A stretch of DNA of 64,000 nt from Actinomycetes bacterium (GTDB lineage: Bacteria; Actinomycetota; Actinomycetes; Mycobacteriales; Mycobacteriaceae): assembly GCA_022601135.1 (NCBI GenBank), contig JAHZJB010000043.1, positions 20,075-84,074 of the forward strand, in the 5' to 3' direction. Positions 47,717-59,304 of this stretch are shown here, in pieces. The notes beneath the pieces are model-generated. The model was not told the DNA's origin. It ran no database searches and saw nothing but the letters and a program-made list of their open reading frames with translations. The position numbers and the translations under genes are program-made. Positions within the stretch are counted from its first letter, which is position 1. Each line of letters begins with the position of its first letter.

Positions 47717-48154
47717 ATGCCGCTTACCGGAGATTATGAACCCAGCACCTTGGATTGGGCCCGCGAGAACGCCGAGGAGTACATGGCATCCGGCGGGACC
47801 AGGGGTACCGAGCTCAAGGGCAGGCCGGTCATCCTCCTGACGACGATCGGTGCGAAGACCGGAAAAATCCGCAAGATTCCGCTGATGCGGGTGGAGCACA
47901 ATGGCGAGTACGCCGTCGTCGCGTCGCTCGGGGGTGCCCCGAAGCACCCTGTCTGGTACTACAACATCAAGGCCAACCCGCGGGTCGAACTGCAGGACGC
48001 GACCGAGGTCGCCGACTACGACGCCCGCGAGGTCTTCGGCGACGAGAAAGCGGCATGGTGGGAGCGCGCCGTGGCGGCCTGGCCCGACTATGCCGACTAC
48101 CAGACGAAGACGGATCGCCAGATCCCCGTGTTCGTGTTGACGCCGGTCCGCTGA
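47717..48154 (+). CDS. F420-dependent (deazaflavin) nitroreductase/oxidoreductase, Ddn-like (Rv1558 orthologue)
   Basis: [53 protein letters not shown]; TAGTCT -10, leaderless. Confidence 0.93.
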   Translation: MPLTGDYEPSTLDWARENAEEYMASGGTRGTELKGRPVILLTTIGAKTGKIRKIPLMRVEHNGEYAVVASLGGAPKHPVWYYNIKANPRVELQDATEVADYDAREVFGDEKAAWWERAVAAWPDYADYQTKTDRQIPVFVLTPVR

Positions 48155-48197
48155 ATCCCGTTTTTGCTGAGGTGGGCAGCGGTGGCACCATTGTGCG

Positions 48198-49487
48198 GTG
48201 TCCACCGAGCTGAGCCATCGTCAATGCCGCGATCCCGTGGCACCCTTGTGTGCCGCGGACGTCGATGAGGCTGCTCGGCGAATAGCTCCAGTGGTGGCGA
48301 AGTCGCCGCTGCAGCTCAGTGATCGGTTGTCGGCGCTCACCGGCGCGCAGATCTACCTGAAAAGGGAGGATCTGCAGGCCGTGCGCTCGTACAAGCTGCG
48401 CGGCGCCTACAACCTGCTGATGCAGCTGATCCCAGAAGAGAAGGCTGCCGGGGTGGTGTGCTCGTCGGCCGGTAACCACGCCCAGGGCTTCGCGCTGGCG
48501 TGCCGCTCGATGGGCGTGCACGGACGTGTCTACGTTCCGGCCAAGACCCCGAAGCAGAAGCGAAACCGGATCCGGTACCACGGTGGCGACTTCATCGAAC
48601 TGATCGTCGGGGGCAAAACCTATGACATGGCAGCCGAGGCCGCCCTGCGCGACGTCGCTCGCACCGGCGCCACTCTGGTACCGCCGTACGACGATGTTCG
48701 CACGATGGCCGGGCAGGGCACGATAGCGGTGGAGATCCTCGAGCAGCTCGGCGCCGAACCCGATCTGGTGATCGTCCCGGTCGGCGGCGGTGGGTGCGTC
48801 AGCGGGATCACGACCTATTTGGCGGAGCGGGCGAACGCGACCTCGGTGCTCGGCGTGGAGCCCGCCGGGGCTGCGGCTTTGGTAGCCGCGCTGGCCAACG
48901 GTGCACCCGTGACGCTTGAGGACGTCGACCAGTTCGTCGACGGCGCCGCGGTCGCCCGGGTGGGCAAACTGCCGTTCGCAGCGCTGTCGGCCGCCGGGGA
49001 CATGGTGTCGATCACCACGGTCGACGAGGGTGCGGTATGCACCGCCATGCTCGACCTGTATCAAAATGAGGGCATCATCGCTGAGCCGGCGGGAGCGTTG
49101 TCGGTGGCTGCGCTGGCCGATGCCGACATCGAGCCCGGATCGACTGTCGTCTGCCTGATCTCCGGTGGCAACAACGACGTGTCCCGCTACGGTGAGGTGT
49201 TGGAACGCTCATTGGTGCATCTGGGGCTCAAGCACTACTTCCTGGTCGATTTCCCGCAGGAGCCGGGCGCGTTGCGCCGATTTCTGGATGAAGTCCTGGG
49301 CCCCAACGACGACATCACCCTGTTCGAGTACGTCAAGCGCAATAACCGTGAGACAGGTGAAGCGCTCGTCGGCATCGAGATGGGTTCGGCATCGGATCTA
49401 GAAGGGTTGATCGCCCGGATGCAGAGTTCGGAATGCCACGTCGAGGTGCTTGAACCGGGCTCGCCAACCTACCGCTACCTGACCTGA
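48198..49487 (+). CDS. ilvA: Threonine ammonia-lyase IlvA
   Basis: KREDLQAVRSYKLRGA, SSAGNHAQG, VPVGGGG, AEPAGA; C-terminal regulatory domain (FPQEPGALRRF). Confidence 0.97.
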   Translation: MSTELSHRQCRDPVAPLCAADVDEAARRIAPVVAKSPLQLSDRLSALTGAQIYLKREDLQAVRSYKLRGAYNLLMQLIPEEKAAGVVCSSAGNHAQGFALACRSMGVHGRVYVPAKTPKQKRNRIRYHGGDFIELIVGGKTYDMAAEAALRDVARTGATLVPPYDDVRTMAGQGTIAVEILEQLGAEPDLVIVPVGGGGCVSGITTYLAERANATSVLGVEPAGAAALVAALANGAPVTLEDVDQFVDGAAVARVGKLPFAALSAAGDMVSITTVDEGAVCTAMLDLYQNEGIIAEPAGALSVAALADADIEPGSTVVCLISGGNNDVSRYGEVLERSLVHLGLKHYFLVDFPQEPGALRRFLDEVLGPNDDITLFEYVKRNNRETGEALVGIEMGSASDLEGLIARMQSSECHVEVLEPGSPTYRYLT

Positions 49488-49533
49488 GGTTGCCGAAACT
49501 GAAGTTATCGACGAGATTCGGCGAATTCTTCGC

Positions 49534-51273
49534 TCACATGCTCAGTTTCGACCGGAGAATCGCGACAGAATGGCCTGCCAGACGCGTTACGGCAGTGCCC
49601 ACCTCGGCTTCACCCCACGTCAGCACCACCTCACCGGTGCCCATGATGTCGACTGGCTCTTGGCCGAGGTTGCACAATATCGACAGCGATCCGCGGTACA
49701 TGACGAACCATCGACGATCCTCGTCGTAATCGATCCGCAGGTGATCCAGCCACGGATCGCCGAGCTCAGGCTCGTTGCGGCGCAGGGCGATGAGGTCTCG
49801 GTAGAAGTCCCGCAGCCGTGCATGCTCCCCATCGCCGACCTCTGCCCAGTTCAGCTTCGACCGCTCGAACGTCGCAGGGTCCTGCGGGTCGGGTATGTCG
49901 TCGGCGTTCCAGCCGTGTTCGGCGAATTCCCGCTTGCGACCCTCGGCGGTTGCACGGGCCAATTCCGGCTCGGGGTGGGAACTGAAGAACTGAAACGGTG
50001 ACGACGATCCCCACTCCTCACCCATGAAAAGCATGGCTGAATAGGGGGATCCCAATACGAGCGCGGCTTTGATCGCGAGCTGGCCGGTGGTGAGGTTCTG
50101 CGACGGCCGGTCGCCGATCGCCCGGTTTCCGACCTGATCATGGGTCAGCGTGTACGCCAGCAGCCTGGTCGCCGGTATCGTGGCGGTATCGAGAGGCCGT
50201 CCGTGCCGCCGGTGCCGGAAAGACGAGTAGGTCCCGGCGTGGAAGTAGCCGTGCCGCAATGTTTGGGCAAGTGCCGCCAGAGTGCCGAAATCGCAGTAGT
50301 AGCCCTGACGTTCGCCGGACACAGCGGAGTGGATCGCGTGGTGGATGTCATCGTCCCATTGCGCGGTCATGCCCAGGCCGCCGCGGTCCCGTGCAGTGAT
50401 CAGCCTGGGATCATTCAGGTCGCTCTCGGCGACTAGGGCGAGCGGCCGCCCGAGTTCTGCTGCCAGAGAATCGGTTTCGGCACTAAGCTCCTCGAGGATA
50501 TGGTAGGCGGTGGTGTCGACGAGGGCGTGGACCGCATCCAGCCGCAGGCCGTCCGCGTGGAATTCACGCATCCAGCGAAGCGCACAGTCCACGATATGGC
50601 GTCGCACCGAGTCGGCGCCCGCACCGCAGATGTTGATCGACTCGCCCCACGGGTTACTCCCGGACGACAGGTAGGGCCCGAACCTCGGCAAGTAGTTGCC
50701 GGACGGGCCGAGATGGTTGAACACCGCGTCGATCAACACGCCGAGCCCGTGAGCATGGCAGGCGTCGATGAACCGGACGAGACCGTCCGGGCCGCCATAG
50801 GGCTCGTGCACCGCGTACCAGAGCACGCCGTCATAGCCCCAACCGTGCGTGCCGCTGAACGCGTTGATCGGCATCAGTTCGACGAAGTCGATACCCAGGT
50901 CGACCAGATAGTCGAGTCTTTCGATCGCGGCCGGCAATGTTCCTTCGGCGGTGAAGGTTCCGACGTGCAACTCATAGATCACCGAGCCGTGGATGGATCG
51001 ACCCTGCCAGTCATCGTCGGTCCAGCAGCCTGGCTGCGGCCGCCACAGTTGGGACCGTTCGTGAACACCGCCGGGTTGGCGCGGGGAGCGGGGGTCCGGC
51101 AGCACCTGGGGGTCATTGTCCAGGACGAAGCCGTAACGGGTGTCGGATGCGACGTCGACCACGGTGTGCCACCACGCGTCATCGCCGCGTGTCATCGAGT
51201 GCTGTGTTCCGTCGATGTCCAGGCGGACGCGGTTGGGGCGTGGCGCCCAGACGGCGAACTCGTGCTCAGGCAT
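49534..51273 (-). CDS. treZ: Malto-oligosyltrehalose trehalohydrolase TreZ
   Basis: FAVWAP, IYELHVGTFT, WGYDGV, DGLRLDAVHAL, VAESDLND, HDQVGNR, LFMGEEW. Confidence 0.97.
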   Translation of the reverse strand: MPEHEFAVWAPRPNRVRLDIDGTQHSMTRGDDAWWHTVVDVASDTRYGFVLDNDPQVLPDPRSPRQPGGVHERSQLWRPQPGCWTDDDWQGRSIHGSVIYELHVGTFTAEGTLPAAIERLDYLVDLGIDFVELMPINAFSGTHGWGYDGVLWYAVHEPYGGPDGLVRFIDACHAHGLGVLIDAVFNHLGPSGNYLPRFGPYLSSGSNPWGESINICGAGADSVRRHIVDCALRWMREFHADGLRLDAVHALVDTTAYHILEELSAETDSLAAELGRPLALVAESDLNDPRLITARDRGGLGMTAQWDDDIHHAIHSAVSGERQGYYCDFGTLAALAQTLRHGYFHAGTYSSFRHRRHGRPLDTATIPATRLLAYTLTHDQVGNRAIGDRPSQNLTTGQLAIKAALVLGSPYSAMLFMGEEWGSSSPFQFFSSHPEPELARATAEGRKREFAEHGWNADDIPDPQDPATFERSKLNWAEVGDGEHARLRDFYRDLIALRRNEPELGDPWLDHLRIDYDEDRRWFVMYRGSLSILCNLGQEPVDIMGTGEVVLTWGEAEVGTAVTRLAGHSVAILRSKLSM

Positions 51274-53578
51274 CGGCACGCGCCAGCAATGCGACGGGCA
51301 GCGCATCGAACAAGTCGCCGGCTGGCACCCGGCCGCTGTAGGTGGTGCCGGTCAGCACGTCAGTCCAGGCTCCGTCCGGAACTGTGAGTGTGGTGTCGCC
51401 CCAGCCGCTTTCGGCCAGCCGGACCGTCCAGCGGCTGACCGCAGCCAGGACGGCGTCGCCTCGCAGAAAGGACACGATGTGCGTGTCGGCCACACCGTCG
51501 GCCAGGACCGGCCGGTATTCGCCGGTCAGGAAAGCAGCGGGTCGCTCGCGTCGTAGTCGAAGCGCCGCCTGCACAACCCGGAACTTGGGGTGCGCAGTTG
51601 TCGCCGGGCGAGTGAGCGCCAACAGCTCGTCGCGCCGCGCGGAGTAGTCGACCGGACGCCGATTGTCCGGATCGACCAGGCTGTCCTCCCAGAGTTCGGT
51701 GCCCTGATAGACATCCGGAACCCCCGGAGCGGTCAGCGCAATGAGCTTCTGGCCCAGTGCGTCGGACTGCGCGTGCTGGTCCAGTCGCGCGACGGCAGCG
51801 GTCAACTCGGCTGCGACGGGACCGTCGATCACCGCGTCCAGCCACCGGTGGACCGCGGTCTCGAACTCTGCGACCGGATCGTTCCACGTGGTGTGCACCG
51901 CGGCCTCCCGGATGGCCTTCTCAGCGTAGCTGTGTAAACGCTCCCGAAGTCCGGTGTTCACCGTGCCTTGCCTCGGCCACACTCCGAAGATGTTCTGCCA
52001 CAGAAACAACCCGGTGAGCGGATCGGGAGACGGGGTAATGCGCTCCCAGCCGCGTACGAGTCCGGCCCACACTGTCGGGACCTGCGACAGCACCCCTATT
52101 CGTGCCCGGACGTCCTCTCCGCGCTTGGTGTCGTGGGTGGTCAAGGTCGTCATGGAATAGGGCCACCGGGCCGCGCGGTCGGCCGCGCGGCGGTGAAATT
52201 CCGCGGCGCTGACACCGAAATATTCAGGCGCGCCACCCACTTCGTTCAGTGACACCAGCCGGGCATCACGGTAGAACAGGCAGTCCTCTATTGCCTTGGC
52301 GCTGGCGGCTCCGCACAACTGTTGCAGCCGCACGCCCACCTCGGCCCGCGACGCCATCGCTGTCGTGAGAAGGGCGAGTGGTTCGGCGAGCTCTGCGTCC
52401 CGGGCCGTGGTTTCCGCGATGGCGACGGGCTGCACAGCAGTCAGTGTCAGGTAGTCCGATCGGTAGACACCGATATGGCTCAATAGTGCGGCCACCGCTT
52501 CGGGAAGTCGTTCGTGGTCGCGACCGGTCGCCGCGACCACGGCCCGGCACAGCCGCCGCAGCTCACTGGCCAGAGTGTCGGTGACGGCCCGGACCTTCAG
52601 TCCCCGCGCGATCTCCGGCGTCGCGTTATGGTTCGCACCCGCCGCGTCGACCAGCTCGGTCAGTGCGTCGACACCGGTGGGGTCGATGAAGAGCCCACCG
52701 ATCTCGCGCAGGGCGTCGTACCCGGTGGTGCCCGCCACCGGCAGGCTCGGGTCCAGTGGCTCGTCGACGGCGAGGATCTTCTCGATCACGATCCACGCCT
52801 CCGGGCCGGTGAGTTCGCGCAGCCGCGCCAGATACCCTGCGGGATCGGATAAACCGTCCGGGTGGTCGATACGGATTCCGTCGACCAGGTTCTCGGCGAA
52901 CCAACGACCAACTTCGGTATGGGTGGCGTCGAACACGGTGCGGTCCTCCTGGCGCAGGCCTGCCAGTGAGGTGATCGAGAAAAACCGCCGGTAGCCGCAG
53001 CTGCCAGTGCGCCAGCCGACGAGCTTGTAGTGCTGCCGACTGTGAACTTCGGCTCCGGTCCCCTCGCCGGTCCCCGGACAGATCGGGTATTCCAGGGCGC
53101 CGAGCCGCAGCAGGTCGCCATCGACTGCCAGATCGGCCGCATCGTCGTCAGAACCCAGTACGGGCAGGATGATTCGGCCTTCGGGGTCGGCATTCCAGTC
53201 GATGTCAAAGTACTCGGCGTAGGCTGACTTCCGGCCGTGAGTCAGCACGTCCCACCACCACGGGTTCTGGCGGGGGGCGTCGACACCGACGTGGTTGGGC
53301 ACGATATCGACAATGAGGCCGATGTCACGACTTCGCGCCGCGTCCGCCAGGCTCTGGAAGCCCTCGGCCCCACCGAGTTCGGCGGACACCGTGGTGGGGT
53401 CGGTGACGTCGTAGCCGTGGCTGGAGCCTTTGGCGGCGGTGAGGATGGGGGACAGGTAGAGGTGTGAGACGCCGAGTCCGGCGAAGTAGTCGATCAGCTT
53501 CTCGGCGTCGGCAAAGGTGAACGCCTCGCCGCTGGACGGACCACGCATCTGCAGCCGGTAGGTGGAAAGAATGCGCAT
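51266..53578 (-). CDS. treY: Malto-oligosyltrehalose synthase TreY
   Basis: STYRLQ, GSSHGYDV, DIVPNH, YRRFF, GIRIDHPDGL, IEKIL, THDTKRGEDVRAR, SLVDPDNRRPVD. Confidence 0.97.
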   Translation of the reverse strand: MRILSTYRLQMRGPSSGEAFTFADAEKLIDYFAGLGVSHLYLSPILTAAKGSSHGYDVTDPTTVSAELGGAEGFQSLADAARSRDIGLIVDIVPNHVGVDAPRQNPWWWDVLTHGRKSAYAEYFDIDWNADPEGRIILPVLGSDDDAADLAVDGDLLRLGALEYPICPGTGEGTGAEVHSRQHYKLVGWRTGSCGYRRFFSITSLAGLRQEDRTVFDATHTEVGRWFAENLVDGIRIDHPDGLSDPAGYLARLRELTGPEAWIVIEKILAVDEPLDPSLPVAGTTGYDALREIGGLFIDPTGVDALTELVDAAGANHNATPEIARGLKVRAVTDTLASELRRLCRAVVAATGRDHERLPEAVAALLSHIGVYRSDYLTLTAVQPVAIAETTARDAELAEPLALLTTAMASRAEVGVRLQQLCGAASAKAIEDCLFYRDARLVSLNEVGGAPEYFGVSAAEFHRRAADRAARWPYSMTTLTTHDTKRGEDVRARIGVLSQVPTVWAGLVRGWERITPSPDPLTGLFLWQNIFGVWPRQGTVNTGLRERLHSYAEKAIREAAVHTTWNDPVAEFETAVHRWLDAVIDGPVAAELTAAVARLDQHAQSDALGQKLIALTAPGVPDVYQGTELWEDSLVDPDNRRPVDYSARRDELLALTRPATTAHPKFRVVQAALRLRRERPAAFLTGEYRPVLADGVADTHIVSFLRGDAVLAAVSRWTVRLAESGWGDTTLTVPDGAWTDVLTGTTYSGRVPAGDLFDALPVALLARADA

Positions 53579-53581
53579 GTC

Positions 53582-55732
53582 TCAGGCGGTCTTACGCAGA
53601 ACGAGCACCGACCGCGGCTGCACCGGTATTTTCTCGCCGGCGGCCACCACCAGGTCGGTGCTGCCCGTCGGCTCGGCGGTGTCCAGGTCGGCAGTCCACT
53701 GCTGTGCGTAGTCGCCCTGCGGCGCAACGAAATCCTGAAGCTCGTCGTGGGCGTTGAAACACAGCAGGAAGGAATCGTCAACAACCTTTTCCCCGCGCGC
53801 GTTGGGGGCAGCGATAGCTTGACCGTTGAGGAAGACCGCCACACTCTGCCCGAAGGGAGCTTCCCAGTCGTGGTAGTCCATTTGGGCGCCGGCCGTCGTC
53901 AGCCAGGTGATGTCGGGGACCCGGTCACCCTGGCCCATCGGATGGCCATCGAAGAACCGCCTGCGCCGAAAGACCGGGTGGAGTTTGCGAAACTGTGCCA
54001 CTTTGCGGGTGAACTCCAGCAGATCGCTGTTGGTCTCGCACAGTGACCAGTCCATCCAGGACAGCTCGTTGTCCTGGCAGTAGACATTGTTGTTGCCCTG
54101 CTGCGTTCGGCCGATCTCGTCGCCGTGTGAGAGCATCGGGGTGCCCTGGGACAACATCAGGGTGGCGATGATGTTGCGCATCTGCTTGCCACGCAGATCG
54201 AGGATCGACTGATCTTCCGTGGGTCCCTCTACCCCGCAATTCCAGGATCGGTTGTGGCTCTCGCCGTCGCGGCCGTCCTCCCCGTTTGCCTCATTGTGCT
54301 TCTGGTTGTAGCTGACCAGATCGGCAAGGGTGAATCCGTCGTGGCAGGTGACGAAATTGATGCTGGCACTAGGCCGTCGACCCGTCGCCTCGTAGAGGTC
54401 CGACGACCCGGTCAGCCGCGAGGCGAACTCGCCCAGCGTCGCGGGTTCACCCCGCCAGTAGTCGCGCACAGTGTCGCGATACTTCCCGTTCCATTCGGTC
54501 CACAGTCCGGGGAAGTTGCCGACCTGGTAACCGCCCTCACCGACGTCCCACGGTTCGGCGATCAGCTTCACCTGGCTGATCACCGGGTCTTGCTGGACGA
54601 GGTCGAAGAACGCCGACAGCCTATCCACGTCATAGAATTCCCGGGCCAGCGTTGCTGCCAGGTCGAACCGGAACCCGTCGACGTGCATCTCGAGCACCCA
54701 ATACCGCAGTGAATCCATGATCAGCTGCAGGGTGTGGGGGTGGCGGACGTTGAGGCTGTTCCCAGTGCCGGTGAAGTCCTTGTAGTACCGGTTGTCGCCG
54801 TCGAGTAGCCGGTAATAGGCGGCATTGTCGATCCCGCGAAAGTTGATCGTCGGCCCGAGATGGTTACCTTCGGCGGTGTGGTTGTAGACCACATCGAGGA
54901 TGACCTCGATACCGGCTTCATGAAAGGCGCGCACCATTGTCTTGAACTCGGCTACCGCACCACCGGCGGTTCTGGTCGCCGCATACTGGTAGTGGGGTGC
55001 CAAGAATCCGAATGTGTTGTAACCCCAATAATTTCGTAGGTCCAGATTCACCAATCGATGATCGTGGAGAAATTGATGTACCGGCATCAGCTCGATCGCG
55101 GTGACGTTGAGCGACTTCAGGTGGTCGATGATCACGGGGTGAGCCAGGCCGGCGTAGGTACCCCGAAGTCCCTCGGGCACATGGGGGTGCTTCTGTGTCA
55201 TGCCCTTGACATGAGCCTCGTAGATGACCGTCTCGTGGTACGGGGTGCGGGGTGCGCGATCCGAACCCCACTGAAAGAAAGGGTTTATCACGACGCTGGT
55301 CATGGTGTAACCGAGGGAGTCGATCAGGGGCGGCTCGCCGCCGCTGGCCAGGTCGTCGCTCGCCAGATCGTAGGAGTAGAGCGCCTGGGAGAAGTCGAAG
55401 TCTCCGTGAAACGATTTGCCGTAGGGATCGAGCAGCAACTTGCTCGGGTCGCAGCGATGTCCCGCTGAAGGATTCCAGGGTCCGTGTATCCGAAAGCCGT
55501 ACCGTTGACCTGGGGCCACCGTGGGCAGGTAACAATGCCACACGTAGCCGTCGACTTCCTCCAGTTCGATGCGTTGCTCGTCGCCATCCGTACCGATCAG
55601 GCAGAGTTCGACGCGTTCGGCGACCTCGGAGAAGATCGAGAAATTGGTTCCTGCGCCGTCGTAGGTGGCGCCCAGTGGGTAGGCGGTCCCCGGCCATACG
55701 GCAGGTGCCGGCGCCGGACCGGGGGCTGACAT
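53582..55732 (-). CDS. treX: Glycogen debranching enzyme GlgX/TreX
   Basis: YPLGATYDG, IYEAHVKG, NYWGYNT, DVVYNHTAEG, DGFRFDLA, IAEPWD, CHDGFTL; start ATG 55732 overlaps the upstream stop (TAATG). Confidence 0.97.
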   Translation of the reverse strand: MSAPGPAPAPAVWPGTAYPLGATYDGAGTNFSIFSEVAERVELCLIGTDGDEQRIELEEVDGYVWHCYLPTVAPGQRYGFRIHGPWNPSAGHRCDPSKLLLDPYGKSFHGDFDFSQALYSYDLASDDLASGGEPPLIDSLGYTMTSVVINPFFQWGSDRAPRTPYHETVIYEAHVKGMTQKHPHVPEGLRGTYAGLAHPVIIDHLKSLNVTAIELMPVHQFLHDHRLVNLDLRNYWGYNTFGFLAPHYQYAATRTAGGAVAEFKTMVRAFHEAGIEVILDVVYNHTAEGNHLGPTINFRGIDNAAYYRLLDGDNRYYKDFTGTGNSLNVRHPHTLQLIMDSLRYWVLEMHVDGFRFDLAATLAREFYDVDRLSAFFDLVQQDPVISQVKLIAEPWDVGEGGYQVGNFPGLWTEWNGKYRDTVRDYWRGEPATLGEFASRLTGSSDLYEATGRRPSASINFVTCHDGFTLADLVSYNQKHNEANGEDGRDGESHNRSWNCGVEGPTEDQSILDLRGKQMRNIIATLMLSQGTPMLSHGDEIGRTQQGNNNVYCQDNELSWMDWSLCETNSDLLEFTRKVAQFRKLHPVFRRRRFFDGHPMGQGDRVPDITWLTTAGAQMDYHDWEAPFGQSVAVFLNGQAIAAPNARGEKVVDDSFLLCFNAHDELQDFVAPQGDYAQQWTADLDTAEPTGSTDLVVAAGEKIPVQPRSVLVLRKTA

Positions 55733-57930
55733 TAGTTCGGCCACCAACCGGTGATGGCGGCGATCTGACGGCCCAGTTCATCGGTCATGGTCCGCATATA
55801 CGTCCTCGAGATGTGGTGAGAGTCGTGGTACAGCAACACGTTTCCCTCTACGACTCGACACAGATCGGCACGGCACACGGCATCGCTCATATCGAGTGGA
55901 TGCAGCTGCGGGAACTTTTCCAGGTAGTCCAGCGTCGGGTTGCGATCTGACAGTAATTCGGATCGTTTGATCCCGCATGATTTGCCGTCCCCGCCCCGGG
56001 CCAGGCAGTCGGCGGGGAAGTGAGGTTTCCCGTCGCGCACCAGCCAGGGCGTGTCACGCATCGCCAAGACGGGAATGTCGTTGTCAGACAATTCCTGCCA
56101 GATGCCCAGGTAGTAGGACGGCATCACGTCGCCGGGCTTGATGTTCCACGGGCGGGTCGAGGTGGTGAAAACATAATCCGGGTGGTCGGCGATGATCCTG
56201 GGCATGACCCGCTTGTTCCATTCCCGGCACTCGGAGTATTTGCTGTTGTTGCCCATCACCCGGGGGGCCTCCTGGGTCGTCAATGGGCAGCCCATCTTGA
56301 GATAGGTCACGACCTTGAAGTTGTGCAGCCGGCCCAGCAGGTCCAGGGCGGTGATCCAATGCTCGGCGTGCGAGCCGCCGGCCAGCGCGATGGTGCGGTC
56401 GGCCGATGTGTCGCCGTAGGTGCAGTTGATCACGTTCACGGTTTTGAAATCGGCGATGCAGCGGTCAATGGTGGATTGCGGGATGTCGTTCTTGGCCTCG
56501 AGCACCGTCGGGCGCATGGGCAGTTTGGGCACCCGGGCATTCTCGGTCAGCGCCCGTGCGCCGGGATAGTCGCGTGACGACAATCCGGCGAGCTCTTCGC
56601 CGCTTGCGCGCAGGACGGTCACGTGCTCGCGCCAGGTGAACGACGTCGCCGTGAGGGCTACGCCGAGCAGTGCGACGGTGGACCCCAGCACGATTGTGGG
56701 ACGGCGCAACCGGCTCCGCATCGACACGGCCGACGAGGCGGAGATGGCGGTAACGGCGGCGGACGCCGAACTGCGCGCGCGCAGCGGCTCCTCGATGTAG
56801 CGCGTGGTCAGCCACGCCAGCAGCCCCGAAAGTAGCAGCACACCCGCGCCCTCGACGACGTTGACGCCGCTGCGGCCGGTGTAGGCAAGGTAGAAGATCA
56901 GCAACGGCCAGTGCCACAGGTACAGCGAGTACGCCATTGCGCCCAGTGCCACGAATGGGGCGGAGGCGAGCAAACGGTTCGGTGCGGGGATGCGGCCCCG
57001 CGCGTGCGGATCGGCCTGTCGGTTAGCCGCCGACAGAATGAACAGCAGGGTGGCACCTACCGGTACCAGTGCCCACGGGCCGGGAAATTCGTTGGCGCCG
57101 TCGATCAGGGCGCCGCAGGACAGGATCGCGGCCAGGGCCACCACGGCCAGGCTGGTGCGCAGCCACATGGGGCAGCGCAGGTAGGGCACCAGCGCGCCCA
57201 CCAATGCGCCCAGGAGGAGTTCCCATGCCCGCGCGAAGCTGTTGAAGTAGGCGGTGGCCTGGTCGGCGTTGTGCGCGATGATCGCGTACACGAACGAGGC
57301 GATCGTGAGCGCCCCGAGAAGCACCACGAACGCCACCCGCACGTGCCGTCGCAGCACCCTGCGGAATCCGAACGCGGAAAGCAGGATGAGGACCAGGAAG
57401 GCGAGGTAGAACTGCCCCTGTACGGACATCGACCAGATGTGCTGGAGCGGGCTGACGCCCTCGCCGGCGCGCAGGTAGTCGGAGGCGGTACGGGCCAGTT
57501 CCCAGTTCTGGTAGTACCCCAGACTGGCCAGGCTTTGATCGGCGAAGGTCTCCCAGCGGGTCTCGGGTTGGATCAGGATGGTCAACACCGCTGACACGGC
57601 CAGCACAACGACCAGGGCAGGCAGCAACCTGCGGATGAGCCGGGTGATTTCGGGAAGCGGCCGTAGCGCCGCCCCCGGCGTCAGCGCGCCGCGCAGCAGG
57701 CGTCCACCGAAGAAGAAGCCGGATAACACCAGGAAGACGTCGACGCCGCCGGACACTCGCCCGAACCACACGTGAAAAACCGCGACCAGGGCGATCGCGA
57801 TCCCGCGCAGTCCGTCCAGGTCATGGCGGTAGGCGCCAGACGAGCGCGCGCTCACGCGAGGCGTCGCGGCGCGCGGGGGCGGACCCGGGTCCGTGCGGTA
57901 TGCCGGCCGGGGAGGGGCGAGGGTCATCAT
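55732..57930 (-). CDS. Membrane acyltransferase-3 / SGNH protein (Rv1565c orthologue)
   Basis: [44 protein letters not shown]; C-terminal GGSHAEHW and DSHH (SGNH). Confidence 0.93.
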   Translation of the reverse strand: MMTLAPPRPAYRTDPGPPPRAATPRVSARSSGAYRHDLDGLRGIAIALVAVFHVWFGRVSGGVDVFLVLSGFFFGGRLLRGALTPGAALRPLPEITRLIRRLLPALVVVLAVSAVLTILIQPETRWETFADQSLASLGYYQNWELARTASDYLRAGEGVSPLQHIWSMSVQGQFYLAFLVLILLSAFGFRRVLRRHVRVAFVVLLGALTIASFVYAIIAHNADQATAYFNSFARAWELLLGALVGALVPYLRCPMWLRTSLAVVALAAILSCGALIDGANEFPGPWALVPVGATLLFILSAANRQADPHARGRIPAPNRLLASAPFVALGAMAYSLYLWHWPLLIFYLAYTGRSGVNVVEGAGVLLLSGLLAWLTTRYIEEPLRARSSASAAVTAISASSAVSMRSRLRRPTIVLGSTVALLGVALTATSFTWREHVTVLRASGEELAGLSSRDYPGARALTENARVPKLPMRPTVLEAKNDIPQSTIDRCIADFKTVNVINCTYGDTSADRTIALAGGSHAEHWITALDLLGRLHNFKVVTYLKMGCPLTTQEAPRVMGNNSKYSECREWNKRVMPRIIADHPDYVFTTSTRPWNIKPGDVMPSYYLGIWQELSDNDIPVLAMRDTPWLVRDGKPHFPADCLARGGDGKSCGIKRSELLSDRNPTLDYLEKFPQLHPLDMSDAVCRADLCRVVEGNVLLYHDSHHISRTYMRTMTDELGRQIAAITGWWPN

Positions 57931-57953
57931 GGTCGACGGCTAATCTACCGAAG

Positions 57954-59255
57954 GTGCCTGCGTTGACGCCTGCCGAGATCATCGCTGTCGATACCGCCCA
58001 CATCTGGCATCCGTACAGTCCCATCGGGGTCGGCGCGTTGACGCCGGTCGCGGCGGTGGGTGCGCGCGGCGCCTGGCTGACCCTGATTCACCGGGGCCGT
58101 ACGGTGGAGGTGCTGGACGCGATGTCGTCCTGGTGGACCGCCGTCCACGGGCATGCGCACCCGGTCCTCGACGCCGCGATCACCGAGCAGTTGGCGACGA
58201 TGAACCACGTCATGTTCGGCGGGCTCACCCACGAGCCGGCCGCGCGGTTGGCGAAGTTGCTGGTCGAGGTGACGCCGCCGGGTCTGGAAACGGTGTTCTT
58301 CAGCGATTCCGGATCGGTCTCGGTCGAGGTGGCGGTCAAGATGGCGCTGCAGTACTGGCGCAGCACCGGCCGCGGCGGCAAACACCGGTTGATGACGTGG
58401 CGGGGCGGTTATCACGGTGACACGTTCACCCCGATGAGCGTGTGCGACCCGCAGGGCGGTATGCACGAACTGTGGGCGGGGCCGAACTCGCTGCTTGCCG
58501 ACCAGGTGTTCGCACCGCTTGTCCCGTCGGCGTATGACCCCGGCTACAGCGCGGCCTTCAGACGGCAGCTTGCCGAGCATGCCGGCGAACTCGCGGCCGT
58601 GATTGTCGAGCCCGTGGTGCAGGGGGCAGGGGGGATGCGCTTTCACGACCCGCGCTACCTGGTGGATCTGCGGGAGGCGTGCGACGAGCACGACGTGCTG
58701 CTGATACTCGATGAGATCGCGACCGGGTTCGGTCGAACCGGAGCCATGTTCGCCTCCGACCATGCCGGGATCAGCCCCGACATAATGTGTGTCGGAAAAG
58801 CGCTTACCGGCGGGTATCTCACGCTGGCGGCGACGCTGTGCACGCGTGACATCGCAGGCACCATCAGCGCGAATACCCCTGGTGCACTGATGCACGGTCC
58901 CACGTTCATGGCCAACGCGCTGGCCTGCGCGGTAGGCGCGGCATCGGTGGAGTTGCTCATATCGGGTGACTGGCATTCGCAGGTGCGCGCCATCGAGGCG
59001 GGCTTGGCCGAGGGTCTGGCGCCGGCCCGAACGCTGGCCAATGTCGTGGATGTGCGGGTGCTGGGCGCGATTGGCGTGATCGAACTGGACCGCCCGGTCG
59101 ACCTGCGGATCGCCACCCCGGCGGCGATCGAGCGCGGAGTATGGCTGCGGCCGTTCCGCAATCTGATCTATGCGATGCCCCCGTACATCTGTTCGGGCGT
59201 CGAGGTCGAACAGATCGCCGGGGCGATGGTCGGCGTCGCGGGTGCATTAACCTGA
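57954..59255 (+). CDS. bioA: Adenosylmethionine-8-amino-7-oxononanoate transaminase BioA
   Basis: [55 protein letters not shown]; TAATCT -10 lies 7 nt before GTG 57954. Confidence 0.97.
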   Translation: MPALTPAEIIAVDTAHIWHPYSPIGVGALTPVAAVGARGAWLTLIHRGRTVEVLDAMSSWWTAVHGHAHPVLDAAITEQLATMNHVMFGGLTHEPAARLAKLLVEVTPPGLETVFFSDSGSVSVEVAVKMALQYWRSTGRGGKHRLMTWRGGYHGDTFTPMSVCDPQGGMHELWAGPNSLLADQVFAPLVPSAYDPGYSAAFRRQLAEHAGELAAVIVEPVVQGAGGMRFHDPRYLVDLREACDEHDVLLILDEIATGFGRTGAMFASDHAGISPDIMCVGKALTGGYLTLAATLCTRDIAGTISANTPGALMHGPTFMANALACAVGAASVELLISGDWHSQVRAIEAGLAEGLAPARTLANVVDVRVLGAIGVIELDRPVDLRIATPAAIERGVWLRPFRNLIYAMPPYICSGVEVEQIAGAMVGVAGALT

Positions 59256-59265
59256 ACGGTGTTCA
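59253..59265. promoter_or_regulatory. BioQ operator upstream of bioF
   Basis: TGAAC-ggt-GTTCA palindrome; the 19-mer TAACCTGAACGGTGTTCAA (59248-59266) is identical to the one at 62251-62269. Confidence 0.88.
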
Positions 59266-59304
59266 AGACGTATCTGGTGCAATTGGGTGCAGTGGAGGAG
59301 CAGC

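Noticed and set aside
49521-49533. GCGAA-ttc-TTCGC hairpin between the convergent ilvA and treZ
   Set aside because: A 5-bp stem is too weak to call a terminator.
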